Source of the DNA: a bacterium
GTDB lineage: Bacteria > Electryoneota > Electryoneia > Electryoneales > Electryoneaceae
Assembly: GCA_963675295.2 (NCBI GenBank)
Contig: CAXXKJ010000002.1
Location: forward strand, 256,001 to 320,000
Direction: 5' to 3'
DNA length: 64,000 bases
The notes beneath the pieces are model-generated. The model had not been told where the DNA came from, did not search any database, and saw only the letters and a list, made by a program, of their open reading frames with translations. Shown here in pieces: positions 1 through 9,515 of the stretch. How positions within the stretch are numbered: position 1 is the stretch's first letter; every line of letters begins with the position of its first letter. The position numbers and the translations under genes are program-made.

Positions 1-2
1 AG

Positions 3-407
3 GTCGGCCCGGACAACGAATTGTCGCAGCTTCTTGCCTCGCTTACCACACAGCTCGGTGGTGCCGGACAAGGTGTCGCTCCGGCCGAAGCCGCACCGCG
101 CAAGCGCCGCAAGCCAACCCGCCGCATTTCGAAGGCGAAAGACGGACGCGTCGAAGTCAGCGCTCCGGAAATGACGATGCTGAAGCATCTTCCCCAGGAC
201 GGATCGGCGATCTCGTTGCCGGAACTGGCGGAAAAGGTCTGGCCGGGAAGAACCGCCCGTGATGGTGGCCCGCTTGTTGGTCCCGCAGCGCGTGTCGCCG
301 GCGGATTGCTAAGCAAGGAGTTGGCGACAATCGAAGGTACAGGCGGCGGCAAGACCGTCTCTGTCGTTTCCGACTGGCAGTCCAAGGCAGTAGAAGTCAA
401 GCAGTAA
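3..407 (+). CDS. Hypothetical protein, 3' part (frame open from window edge); basic linker plus possible winged-helix C-terminus
   Basis: Frame is open from base 3 to TAA at 405-407. PRKRRKPTRR stretch is followed by SLPELAEKVW, a helix pattern reminiscent of wHTH. Confidence 0.5.
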   Translation, partial: VGPDNELSQLLASLTTQLGGAGQGVAPAEAAPRKRRKPTRRISKAKDGRVEVSAPEMTMLKHLPQDGSAISLPELAEKVWPGRTARDGGPLVGPAARVAGGLLSKELATIEGTGGGKTVSVVSDWQSKAVEVKQ

Positions 408-440
408 CACCGTTTTACAGCTTGCTTGCAGTTCCGGATG

Positions 441-481
441 CATGCCGGTTTCCCGTCAGGCAGAGACATGAAACCGGCATG
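441..481 (+). terminator. Hairpin, possible terminator
   Basis: CATGCCGGTTTC ... GAAACCGGCATG 12-bp stem just after the stop at 407; weak U-tract. Confidence 0.4.
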
Positions 482-701
482 GTCTCTCTCCGTGCCACAT
501 CCTGTATTGATTCAAGAGTCTCGCTTGGATCCGCATATGCCACAACGTCACTGTTTGTGTCCCCGTCGCAACCGTATGTCTCCCGGCCATGGCCCTGACA
601 AAGCTAAAAAAATTGCCTGTTTCTAAGGTTGACGTGCACTCTGTTTGCCTACACCCTTATCTTGTGAACAAAATACGGTGGTCGCTGTTGTGGAAACATT
701 C

Positions 702-721
702 TATTAAACGCGCGTTTAATA
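702..721. promoter_or_regulatory. Perfect 20-bp palindrome, candidate operator
   Basis: TATTAAACGCGCGTTTAATA lies about 50 bp upstream of the secreted-protein gene. Confidence 0.45.
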
Positions 722-770
722 CAACCGCATTATTCTTTATTTTCCGATGAGCCAACCAGGGGGGATTTCC

Positions 771-2588
771 ATGTGTAGCTTGCGCATCACGGTTCCATTC
801 CTGTACCTCTTCTTCGCCAGCCTTGCAGTAGCCCAGCCGGTGGACTGGTTCCGAACCTACGACACCCGCCCGGACCTCGGCATTCCTGGCGATCATGCCA
901 GCGAGTTTGTGGTCGATGTTGTCCCCGCACCTGATGGCGGCTTCCTCGTGCAGGGAGGGTATTACAATTCGATCTATGATAACGAGTTCTTTCCGTCTCT
1001 GACGAAGCTCGATTCCGGTTTTAACCTCGAGTGGTCGCGTGCGTACGAGCCGGTGCGGTTTGTCAACCGGCAGATCCATGCGCTTCCTGGTGGTAAGTAC
1101 CTCATCGCCGGGGATTACCGGCCAACTCCGACCGCATTTGTCCCCTTCCTCGCCGTGGTGGACGAGTACGGCTTCATCACGCGCACGCACCTTGAACCGT
1201 ACCAGCCGGATGTGTGGATGAGAACCTTTGTGCCGCTGAGCGCGGGCGGGTTCGCGGTTCTGTTGCAGCAGGGGGAATGGGAGAACACGACGCTTCTGTT
1301 GAAACGTCTCGACATGACTGGCGAAACGATCTGGACGAACACCATTGATGGCGCCTTCCACAGTCTCTACAGCGAGGTGCTGGAAACGCCGGACGGCAAC
1401 ATCGCACTGATCGACTCCAGGAACCGGCCGATCATTCACGTGTTTGACATTGACGGCAACCCGCTCAACCAGGCCACGATTGACCCGGGGTATAATCTGT
1501 ACACGGAGGAGGCGGTCATCCAGGCGGACGGCTCGTTATATCTCGCGGGGGAAATCGTTCATGACACCACGTTTGTGCTGAAGGTTTCGCCCGATCTGCA
1601 GTTACTCGAGCACCTGTGCTTTCGCAAGCAATCGTTGCGCGATATGCTGGCGACATCGGATGGTGGCCTGCTGCTGACCGGCAATCACGGCTGGCTGCGC
1701 AAGTTCGATTCCGATTTAACCGTCGAATGGGACATTGACCAGAGTTCGCAGGTTGAGGCGGAGGCGTTGTGCGAATTTGAGCCTGGAGTGTACGCGCTGA
1801 TGGGCCGCAAATTCAGGATGGGGTTGATTGAAGAATTTGACCTGTATCTCCGTGTGATCGGGATGGACGAACCCGACCCGCCCGCGCTGAAAATGTATTT
1901 GTACCAGCGGTGGGACGAACCGTTATCCATACCGGCGTCCGGCGCCACGGTTGAGTTTCTTGAGACGGTGTCGAACACGTGGAACGTACCGCAGACCGTG
2001 GATCAGTGGACCCAGCTTCGCCTGCCCCGCGGGGTGATGCACGACTTTCTGCCCGTAACGCGTGTCTTCGAGCCCGGCGAAACGGAAATGAATCGGTCGG
2101 TTGAGGTTCCGGCGTCCGCCGCACCGGGGGATTACGTCTACGTCTGGCATGTGGGCACCTGGCCGGACGACATCGTCTCATCCAGTTCGATCATCGTGCG
2201 CAAACGTCCCGCCGGAAGCGCGCTCGACCTGTTCCTCGCCGCCAACGATGCAGGCGTTTTGTACCCGGATCGCGATCCGGTCTCGGCAGCTGTCGATCTC
2301 ACATCCGAGCCGAAAACCCCGCAGGCGTTTACGTTGAGCGCGGCGTATCCGAATCCGTTCAACGCGTCCACCGTGCTCGACCTGACCTTGCCGGAGACGG
2401 AACATGTGCGAATCGTGGTCGCCGACATCCTCGGGCGGCAGGTTGAGGTGCTGCGCGACGACGTCATGGCCGCCGGCACGCAGCGCATTTCTCTGCATGC
2501 CGGTCAGCTTGCCAGCGGGCTGTATTTCGTCACAGCGGCGACGCAATCCGGGCACCACACTGTGCAGAAGGTGATGCTGCTACGCTGA
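771..2588 (+). CDS. Secreted protein: beta-propeller-like repeats, Ig-like domain, C-terminal YPNPFN (T9SS type A-like) sorting domain
   Basis: Signal peptide ending SLAVA-Q; DGG(F/L)L repeats; AYPNPFN...LASGLYFV...KVMLLR. GGGGG RBS-like run precedes ATG 771; alternative start 747. Confidence 0.85.
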   Translation: MCSLRITVPFLYLFFASLAVAQPVDWFRTYDTRPDLGIPGDHASEFVVDVVPAPDGGFLVQGGYYNSIYDNEFFPSLTKLDSGFNLEWSRAYEPVRFVNRQIHALPGGKYLIAGDYRPTPTAFVPFLAVVDEYGFITRTHLEPYQPDVWMRTFVPLSAGGFAVLLQQGEWENTTLLLKRLDMTGETIWTNTIDGAFHSLYSEVLETPDGNIALIDSRNRPIIHVFDIDGNPLNQATIDPGYNLYTEEAVIQADGSLYLAGEIVHDTTFVLKVSPDLQLLEHLCFRKQSLRDMLATSDGGLLLTGNHGWLRKFDSDLTVEWDIDQSSQVEAEALCEFEPGVYALMGRKFRMGLIEEFDLYLRVIGMDEPDPPALKMYLYQRWDEPLSIPASGATVEFLETVSNTWNVPQTVDQWTQLRLPRGVMHDFLPVTRVFEPGETEMNRSVEVPASAAPGDYVYVWHVGTWPDDIVSSSSIIVRKRPAGSALDLFLAANDAGVLYPDRDPVSAAVDLTSEPKTPQAFTLSAAYPNPFNASTVLDLTLPETEHVRIVVADILGRQVEVLRDDVMAAGTQRISLHAGQLASGLYFVTAATQSGHHTVQKVMLLR

Positions 2589-2716
2589 CGTTGAGCCACT
2601 CCCGCCTGCGGAGGGTGGAAAATCTTTGACAATTGATCTTCGCCCGTTGCTCTCGATCAACTCCCGGTTGTATCGTGAACGGCGGGCGTTTTGCTCATTT
2701 CAATCAAGGGGGATCA

Positions 2717-4492
2717 ATGCTGAAGCTGCTCAATCGGACGGCAATCGTCCACATTGCCTGCTTGCTGTCGCTCGCCGGGTTGTTCGTCTCGTCCGTTTGT
2801 GCCCAGCCGGACATTTTCTGGTCGCGCACCTTCGATTTTCAGCACAGCAAGGATCACCTGACCAGCATCCGCAACCATCCGGACACCGGCTTGATTGTCG
2901 CTGGAAACACCGTCAATCCTGCCGATTCAGCCATCACCCCCTACCTCATCAAGTTCGATTCCGATTTACGTGCAACCTGGACCCGTATCCTCAACGACAA
3001 GGGCCGGGCGGAGGATATTATCGGCCTGCCAAACGGGTATTACGCGGTGGGCGATAACGATTCCGGCATGGTGCTCGCCTCGCTGGACCTGTATTGCAAT
3101 CCTTTGTGGGGTGTGAGTTACGACGAAACCGGCTTGGAAAGCTGCCGGGGAATGGTTGGTGGCGGAACCAACGATTGGATTGTGTTCGGCAACACGACCA
3201 ATCCCGACCGGGCGCTGGCGGTATCGTATGGTATCAATGGCTGGCGGAATTGGGTCAGCGAAATCAGTGGGGTTGGCGAAGACAACCCGATGATGTCGTG
3301 CGACACACGGCCAACCGGCGAAATTGCTGTCTTTTACCGGCATTCCGGCGGACTCGATGTTCGTTTGCTGCATCCGATCAACGGCTACAACCTGCAAGAA
3401 TTCCAGCTGCATCCAGACATTCCATCCGCGCAGGGCCGGGGCATTGTCACCTCGGACGGCGGCTATTTGTACGCCGGTCAACTTGACGGTCACTTCGCGT
3501 TCATGCTCAAATGCAACGCCGACGGAGAGGAAGAATGGGAAGGCGAATATTCCACCGGCCCGTCCAACGAGAGCTATTTCAACCAAGTGATTGAAACGTC
3601 GGACGGCGGCTTCCTCGCTGTCGGTGTCGGCGAGGACGTCGATAACGAGTTGTACCAGAAAGCCTATGCAGTCAAGGTTGATGCTGCTGGCGACGAAGAG
3701 TGGAGCTTCCTTTTTCCCAACGCCAACTATTCCCTGTTCAACGATGTTGTCGAATTCCGCCCGGGGAAATTCGCCATGGTCGGCGCTCGTGGTGCGGACT
3801 ATAACGAAGCGCTGCGCGGCTTCTTCGCCATATTCGGGCAGGAAGAGCCGGAACCGCAGCTGAGTATTTACCTGTACCGCACCGGGGAGTATATCATTCC
3901 AGGCTGGGGCTCGAATTTAGGGTACCAGGCGCGGATGGTGAATCCGTTCGACAGCCCGGTGACGGTGGACGTCTGGCGGGAAGCGTACCTGCCAAATGGG
4001 TACTACTTTCCGCTCGACAGCGAACCCACGGACTTGATCCTTCAACCCGGCGAGACGATTGATCTTTACCAGCTGAACGTTCCACCGAACGCGCCAGCCG
4101 GCAACATCACGCTGCTGGTGAACCTTGGTAGCTGGCCGGATAATCCTGCGGCCACCGGCTCGGTGATTTTCCGCAAACTGCCGTTCACCGATGTGGATGA
4201 AGCGGAACCCATTCCAACCGTTCCCACGCAGGTTGTATTGTCATCTGTCGCACCGAACCCGTTCAACGCGTCCACCACCCTGACCCTCACTCTACCCGCT
4301 CCGCACACGGTGGCAGTGACGGTCGTGGACATCCTCGGACGCCAGGTCGCGACGCTGCACAACGGACCTCTGTCGTCAGGCCAACACCGGCTGCAATGGG
4401 ATGCGAATACATTCGCCAGCGGGATGTATTTCGTGCGGGTTGCGAACGCGAACGGTGTGCTTGATCAGCGGAAGGTTGTCCTGCTTCGTTAA
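2717..4492 (+). CDS. Secreted protein paralogous to the upstream gene (propeller-like repeats, Ig-like domain, PNPFN sorting domain)
   Basis: AAGGGGGA RBS before ATG 2717; signal peptide; TSDGG repeats; APNPFN...FASGMYFV...KVVLLR. Confidence 0.85.
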   Translation: MLKLLNRTAIVHIACLLSLAGLFVSSVCAQPDIFWSRTFDFQHSKDHLTSIRNHPDTGLIVAGNTVNPADSAITPYLIKFDSDLRATWTRILNDKGRAEDIIGLPNGYYAVGDNDSGMVLASLDLYCNPLWGVSYDETGLESCRGMVGGGTNDWIVFGNTTNPDRALAVSYGINGWRNWVSEISGVGEDNPMMSCDTRPTGEIAVFYRHSGGLDVRLLHPINGYNLQEFQLHPDIPSAQGRGIVTSDGGYLYAGQLDGHFAFMLKCNADGEEEWEGEYSTGPSNESYFNQVIETSDGGFLAVGVGEDVDNELYQKAYAVKVDAAGDEEWSFLFPNANYSLFNDVVEFRPGKFAMVGARGADYNEALRGFFAIFGQEEPEPQLSIYLYRTGEYIIPGWGSNLGYQARMVNPFDSPVTVDVWREAYLPNGYYFPLDSEPTDLILQPGETIDLYQLNVPPNAPAGNITLLVNLGSWPDNPAATGSVIFRKLPFTDVDEAEPIPTVPTQVVLSSVAPNPFNASTTLTLTLPAPHTVAVTVVDILGRQVATLHNGPLSSGQHRLQWDANTFASGMYFVRVANANGVLDQRKVVLLR

Positions 4493-4516
4493 ATCGGACA
4501 CGCGTGTCCGATTTAA
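4489..4516. repeat. 28-bp perfect palindrome, family P copy 1
   Basis: TTAAATCGGACACGCGTGTCCGATTTAA overlaps the TAA stop. Near-identical copies at 53865-53890 and 61030-61055. Confidence 0.9.
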
Positions 4517-4568
4517 GGATTGTTGTGTTTCTCAGGACTCTAGACGCAGGACGCAGGACTGTCTTTCC

Positions 4569-4868
4569 CTACCAATTCGGTTTCGGCCGACGGGCACCGT
4601 GTTCCAGCGCGCAGGGAGTGTTTCGGGTGACGTGTTGCGTCAACGCGTTGCAGTAGATCGCGTTGAACGTGCGGCAGGATTTTGCGCCGTCAACGTTGTC
4701 CTTTGGCCACGACGCGTGTTCGCAGTTCATCGTACACCACTTGACCGCGCCGTTGCCAACACCGGCGTTATCCGCCCCCTGGTCTTCACCGGGGAGTCGG
4801 TGGTTGCGTCCGTTCTCGAGGATACGGTAGTCGAGGGTGTTGCCGTCGCCGGGGACTTTGTGGTTCAT
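4569..4868 (-). CDS. Small Cys-rich hypothetical protein, possibly metal-binding
   Basis: 99 aa from ATG 4868; WCTMNCEH...SCRTFNAIYC...TPC (5 Cys plus His). Start uncertain. Confidence 0.6.
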   Translation of the reverse strand: MNHKVPGDGNTLDYRILENGRNHRLPGEDQGADNAGVGNGAVKWCTMNCEHASWPKDNVDGAKSCRTFNAIYCNALTQHVTRNTPCALEHGARRPKPNW

Positions 4869-5302
4869 GCTGCAGACCCATCGTGAATTTGAGCTGACAA
4901 CTTGAATCCGGAATCTGGCAGGATGCAACCTTTTCCTGTCGGCATGCGGGAAAACAAGTCCTCCCCTCCGCGAGCTGATGACTCGCATGAAATTAAAGAA
5001 ATAATGTCCATTTCGTGTTGATGGGATTTCATTTCTCTACCTTTTGCAAGCGAAGAGAATTTGGCGACAAGTCGGGCCTTTAGCGGAGTTTGCTGTGAAT
5101 CCTGCGGCCTGACACTTGAACTGCCTGATTCACTGACATTCCTGCCTCAACCTGCCTTTTCGCCGGCGCTTCGCATGGCGTCATCTATCGCTCAAATACC
5201 GTGAACTTTCGCCTGTATCGTACGTGTCACAACGGACGACGGTACGCTCTGAATGGATCACGGCTACTGAATATTGACAACGTTATCGCGGGAGGAGGAA
5301 CT

Positions 5303-6154
5303 ATGGGAGCGCAGCAATTTGCAGTACGGAGGATGCACCGCGAAGAGATTGACCTTGCGGTGGAGTGGGCGCATGAGGAGGGCTGGAATCCGGGCCTGTA
5401 TGATGCCGGCGTCTTCTACCAGACCGACCCGAGCGGGTTCTGGGCGGGTGAACTGGACGGCGAGATTATTTCGATGATGTCCGGCGTGAGCTACGATTCG
5501 TCGTACGGCTTCACCGGCCTGTACATCACGCATCCGGAATACCGCGGCCAGGGCTTCGGTCGCAAGCTGCTGGAAACGGTGCATGACCAGATGGGCACCC
5601 GGATTCTCGGCAGCGACGCAGTTGGCGAAGCCAGGCGTGTGCTGGAACGCGGCGGCTATGTGGCGGCTCACCCTGATGTGCGGCACGAGGGGTTGACGCA
5701 ACGGTTCGGCCCGATTGATCCGCACGTGGTCAATCTGAAGCACATTCCATTTGAACGGCTGGACGCGTACGACCAGGAAACCTTCGCCGCGCGGCGGACC
5801 CGGTTTCTGCGCGGCTGGATCACCCGTCCCGGAACGACCGGCGCGGGATACTACTACGACGGCAAGATGCAGGGCTACGGCGTGATCCGTCCCTGCCGTG
5901 TTGGGTGGAAGATCGGCCCGTTGTTCGCGAACAGCGAGCAGGTGGCGGAGAAGTTGTTCGAAGCGTTGGCGAGCCATGTTCCGCCGGGAGAACCGTTGTT
6001 CCTCGACGTACCGGAGCCAAATGAGCGCGCGGTGGTGTTGGCCCGGCGCTACAACATGGATCCGGTGTTTGAGACAGTGCGGATGTATCGCAATGGCAAG
6101 CACGAACCGCCGCTTGACCGCTGGTGGGGGGTCACCTCGACCGAGCTCGGGTAG
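5303..6154 (+). CDS. GNAT N-acetyltransferase with tandem GNAT-like domain (YitH-like)
   Basis: GGAGGAGG RBS before ATG 5303; acetyl-CoA motif YRGQGFG; IGPLFA and LDVPEPN in the second domain. Confidence 0.85.
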   Translation: MGAQQFAVRRMHREEIDLAVEWAHEEGWNPGLYDAGVFYQTDPSGFWAGELDGEIISMMSGVSYDSSYGFTGLYITHPEYRGQGFGRKLLETVHDQMGTRILGSDAVGEARRVLERGGYVAAHPDVRHEGLTQRFGPIDPHVVNLKHIPFERLDAYDQETFAARRTRFLRGWITRPGTTGAGYYYDGKMQGYGVIRPCRVGWKIGPLFANSEQVAEKLFEALASHVPPGEPLFLDVPEPNERAVVLARRYNMDPVFETVRMYRNGKHEPPLDRWWGVTSTELG

Positions 6155-6183
6155 TCAACTCAACATCATTAGAGTCTGCATTC

Positions 6184-6213
6184 ACGCGGGTTTCGGCGAC
6201 GGAACCCGCGTTT
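6184..6213. terminator. Hairpin terminator between convergent genes
   Basis: ACGCGGGTTTC-GGCGAC-GGAACCCGCGT followed by TT. Confidence 0.5.
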
Positions 6214-6275
6214 CCGCTCAGCGCAACCTCTCCGGCAACGGATCAGTCTGCGACCCATCCGCAGATTCAACCATC

Positions 6276-6414
6276 GCGTCATTCCGAACGGAACGAAGAG
6301 AAGTTGAGGAAGAGCCCGCTTCGAGAACGCTGCAAATGAACCGAAACCGTGAATCAACCTGTTGCCAAGCTGGATCTTCTTCGGCTGCAAACGGACGCAG
6401 CCTCAGAATGACGC
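6276..6414. repeat. MITE/REPIN-like element with GTCATT(C/T)YGA terminal inverted repeats, family G copy 1
   Basis: GCGTCATTCCGAACGGAACG ... CTCAGAATGACGC; related to 58889-58981. Confidence 0.7.
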
Positions 6415-6441
6415 TTGTCGTCAACCTTGCAGAGCATATCA

Positions 6442-8136
6442 CTAGCGTAATTCTTCCGGCAACGGCCGTTGGCAGAAGGGATTGCCCGGATCGAACGGCC
6501 AGCAGGCGTTGCCCTCGAACCGTGTTTCCTGTACCCAGTTGTTCAACCCTTTCGCCGGGATCCACTCTTCCGCGTACCACAACCGTTCGCCAAGGAACTG
6601 ATTGTTGCGGAAGAGGTTGTCCTCGCCGGTGACGTGCATCTTGCGACCATTTTCGAAGTTGGTGAATTTACGGCTGAGCCCGCCGAGGCAGAAATGGGCG
6701 ACGGCGTTCCGCTCGAAGCGGCACCCGCGCACCGTTACCTCGTTGCTGCTGGTGTTGCGCAAGCCGTCGCGCGCATTCTGGGAAAAGGTGGACGCGAAGA
6801 TGTCCACCGGTCCCTGGCTCGCTTCGATGAAGAGGCCGTTCCGCGCGTTGAGTTTGAAGCGGCAGTCCTCGATCACGACCCGCTCGGCATCCGTGTCGAA
6901 CCACAGGCCGGTGGCGAGGTTGTGATGCGCGTACAGATTGCTGACCGTAACGTCGTGGCAATGGAACAGCTTGCTGCCGCAAACCGCCCAGCCGTCGGTT
7001 CCGGCCGAATACCCGCGCCAGTTGTTCCACGCCAGCTCCGAATCATCGATCCGCAACCGCGCAACATTGGAGATTCCCATGCCCACCCCGCCGTTGCCAT
7101 TTGCGCGGCAGTTGATGATCTCGAGCGTATCCGGACGTTGCCGGTCGGTGGGCAATGGCGTATTGGCGATCGACAAACCGCGCCAGTTGTTTTCGTTGAA
7201 GCTGCAGTTTTCGATGCGCGCGCTCTGCGTGCTGGAGATGATCACCGCCTTGCCGGGGTAAAAGTGGCTGGCGTGAACGAAGTCGATGCCCTCGAGCTCG
7301 ATACGGTCAAAATTGCGGAGTGTGAGCAACGTTTCGGTGACCGGGATCTCGATGAGATCGTCCGCCTGCATCGGTTCGCTGAGCTGAATCTGCAGCCAGC
7401 CGGGCTGATCACCGATGGCGTCCTTGACCTTGAATGTCCCGGGTACTGGCTCTTGTTCGAGAGTTCGTTGCTTCAGCAGGGTTCCGTTGACCAGCACCAT
7501 CTCTCGCCGCAGCATCAGTTCCGGGTGCTCAACGCCGGTCAGCCAGTCGCGGGTTCTTCCGGGGGAGTCGGAAATGTCCGTCGTACCCCACGCGTACGGC
7601 CATTCCGTGACGTAGCTGTTCGGCATGTCATTGACTGGTTCCCACCGGGTGAGATCGTTCCACGGCTGCTCCGGATCGCCCTGCCGGTAGATTTCCGCAC
7701 CGCTGATGGTGACCTGTCCGTCTCCGTAGGGTCGCAACGAAAACTCGATCCACTGCGTATAACCATCATCAACCACCCACAACATCGGCCGGGTCAGCCG
7801 GTACACTCCCGGTGTGACCAGCAGCTCGAACCTCTCCGCTGAATGGCCGGTGTGCGCTGAGTCATGCAGCGCGCGAAACGCGTTTCGTACATCTGCAAAA
7901 CGGAGGGTATCGTCCACGGCGTCCGGCTGTATCGTCGTCAGCCCGGGATCGACAATCGCGGTGAGGGTGCGGTTGACCTGGTACTCCGCCGTGGGCCGCG
8001 GATTCTTTTCCGATGAGGGAATTCGCCCATCATCCTGTTCCGGAAGCTGCCCGGTGGAGCTGAAGCAGCCCGTTGCGGTCAGCATGAGCAGAGCGATCAG
8101 AACGGGAATTGGGAATCGTTTCAGAACGTCAACCAT
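6442..8136 (-). CDS. Lipoprotein with right-handed parallel beta-helix (pectin-lyase-like) domain
   Basis: Lipobox LTATG-C; repeated N-N-x-x-G-L/I beta-helix turns (ENNWRGL, HHNLATGLW, LNARNGLF). Confidence 0.8.
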   Translation of the reverse strand: MVDVLKRFPIPVLIALLMLTATGCFSSTGQLPEQDDGRIPSSEKNPRPTAEYQVNRTLTAIVDPGLTTIQPDAVDDTLRFADVRNAFRALHDSAHTGHSAERFELLVTPGVYRLTRPMLWVVDDGYTQWIEFSLRPYGDGQVTISGAEIYRQGDPEQPWNDLTRWEPVNDMPNSYVTEWPYAWGTTDISDSPGRTRDWLTGVEHPELMLRREMVLVNGTLLKQRTLEQEPVPGTFKVKDAIGDQPGWLQIQLSEPMQADDLIEIPVTETLLTLRNFDRIELEGIDFVHASHFYPGKAVIISSTQSARIENCSFNENNWRGLSIANTPLPTDRQRPDTLEIINCRANGNGGVGMGISNVARLRIDDSELAWNNWRGYSAGTDGWAVCGSKLFHCHDVTVSNLYAHHNLATGLWFDTDAERVVIEDCRFKLNARNGLFIEASQGPVDIFASTFSQNARDGLRNTSSNEVTVRGCRFERNAVAHFCLGGLSRKFTNFENGRKMHVTGEDNLFRNNQFLGERLWYAEEWIPAKGLNNWVQETRFEGNACWPFDPGNPFCQRPLPEELR

Positions 8137-8345
8137 GACCGAATTTTCCTCGCGTTGAGGGTGATTGTCTCCTGGTGCGGAGCCTGCGAAAGATAGGATT
8201 CCGATAGGTGTTTCGGCTGTGGGAGAGTCGGAGACGCGGAGGGTTTGGGAGATTTTTTGGGGTTTTTACGCTTTTATGGGGACGAATTATGGCAGGAGGT
8301 AGGAGCTCGGCTTACATTCAAGCTGCTTTTTCGTGAGGAAGAACG

Positions 8346-9254
8346 GTGAGCATTGAACGTCGCATCCTGGTTCGCGGTCCCTTTCGTCTGGCGACAGCGA
8401 TCAACGTGCTTCGCAGGGCGGAAAACCCGCCGCTGTTGACGCATGAACCGGCTCGATTCCAATTTTCGCAGGAAGTCCCCGGCGGCGCAGTCGAGGTTGA
8501 TGTGCGCCAGGACGGTCCAGGCTCGGACGTGTTTATCCGCGTCCTCGGTGACCTCGCGGACGGCGCTGCGATTGATCTGGTCTCGCAGCGGGTTGTACGC
8601 ATGTTTTCGTTGACGGTGAACGCGGATGAATTCTATTCGCGTGCTCGTGAGGATGTGAATCTGCGGCGTGTGTTGAGCATCTGCCCGGACATTCGTCCGG
8701 TGCTGTATCCGACGGTGTTCGAAGGTGTGTTGACGTCCATGCTGTCCTACAAGCAGTCTGTCCGTGAGACAGCGTCCTTCCTCGCGAATGTGCGAGAGGT
8801 CGCCGGTGTGATTCCGGCGGGACGTCCCCAGGCGCAACCTGCGCTGCCCGGTAAATTCACCTTCCTTGCGACGCCGGTGAAACTGCTGGAAATGGCCGGA
8901 CTTCCCAAGGACAAGATCCTCACCTTGAAGCAGATTGCCGCCCATCTCGTTGGCGAACCCGACCTGCTCGAACGGCTGGAAGGCATCAGCGACATCGCCC
9001 TTTCCCGCGAAGCGTTACTGCACCTGCCGGGCGTGAACAAGTCGATCGCGTTGCACCTGCTGCAGTATGCATTCGGCCATCACGATCTGCTGCTAGACAG
9101 TCCGCTGTTGCGCCGTGCGGTGAAACGGTTCTATCACCTCAACGATCTGCCGGACGAGCGCACATTGATCCGTCTCGCGAAACCGTACGAAAAATGGCGG
9201 AGTTGGTGGACGTTCTCTCTGCTGACGGCGAACGAAATGTCGGTTATCGTCTGA
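8346..9254 (+). CDS. AlkA-like HhH-GPD DNA-3-methyladenine glycosylase family protein (divergent motifs)
   Basis: GAGGA RBS before GTG; FEGVLTSMLSYKQS, LLHLPGV (HhH) and KPYEKWRSW (AlkA-like C-terminal motif). Confidence 0.7.
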   Translation: MSIERRILVRGPFRLATAINVLRRAENPPLLTHEPARFQFSQEVPGGAVEVDVRQDGPGSDVFIRVLGDLADGAAIDLVSQRVVRMFSLTVNADEFYSRAREDVNLRRVLSICPDIRPVLYPTVFEGVLTSMLSYKQSVRETASFLANVREVAGVIPAGRPQAQPALPGKFTFLATPVKLLEMAGLPKDKILTLKQIAAHLVGEPDLLERLEGISDIALSREALLHLPGVNKSIALHLLQYAFGHHDLLLDSPLLRRAVKRFYHLNDLPDERTLIRLAKPYEKWRSWWTFSLLTANEMSVIV

Positions 9255-9515
9255 CGCGCTGCGCAGACTGGTGTAACATAGTGTCTTTCCTACATATCGG
9301 TTCATCTTTCACCGTGTTTTTCGTGCGCGGAGAAAAATGAACCGATTTGCTTTGCAGCCCTGTTTTCCTGCCGTTTCTGAGGTTACTTTGCTCTGAACGC
9401 CGCGTTTTCGCGGCATGCCTGAACCGTCGCTTCGGACCGGGAGGTGAGGAGTACGCGCTTTCTTTCCGTTCGGCGGAATGGACGAATCACTTGCATCGAG
9501 GACAGGAGGACAGGC

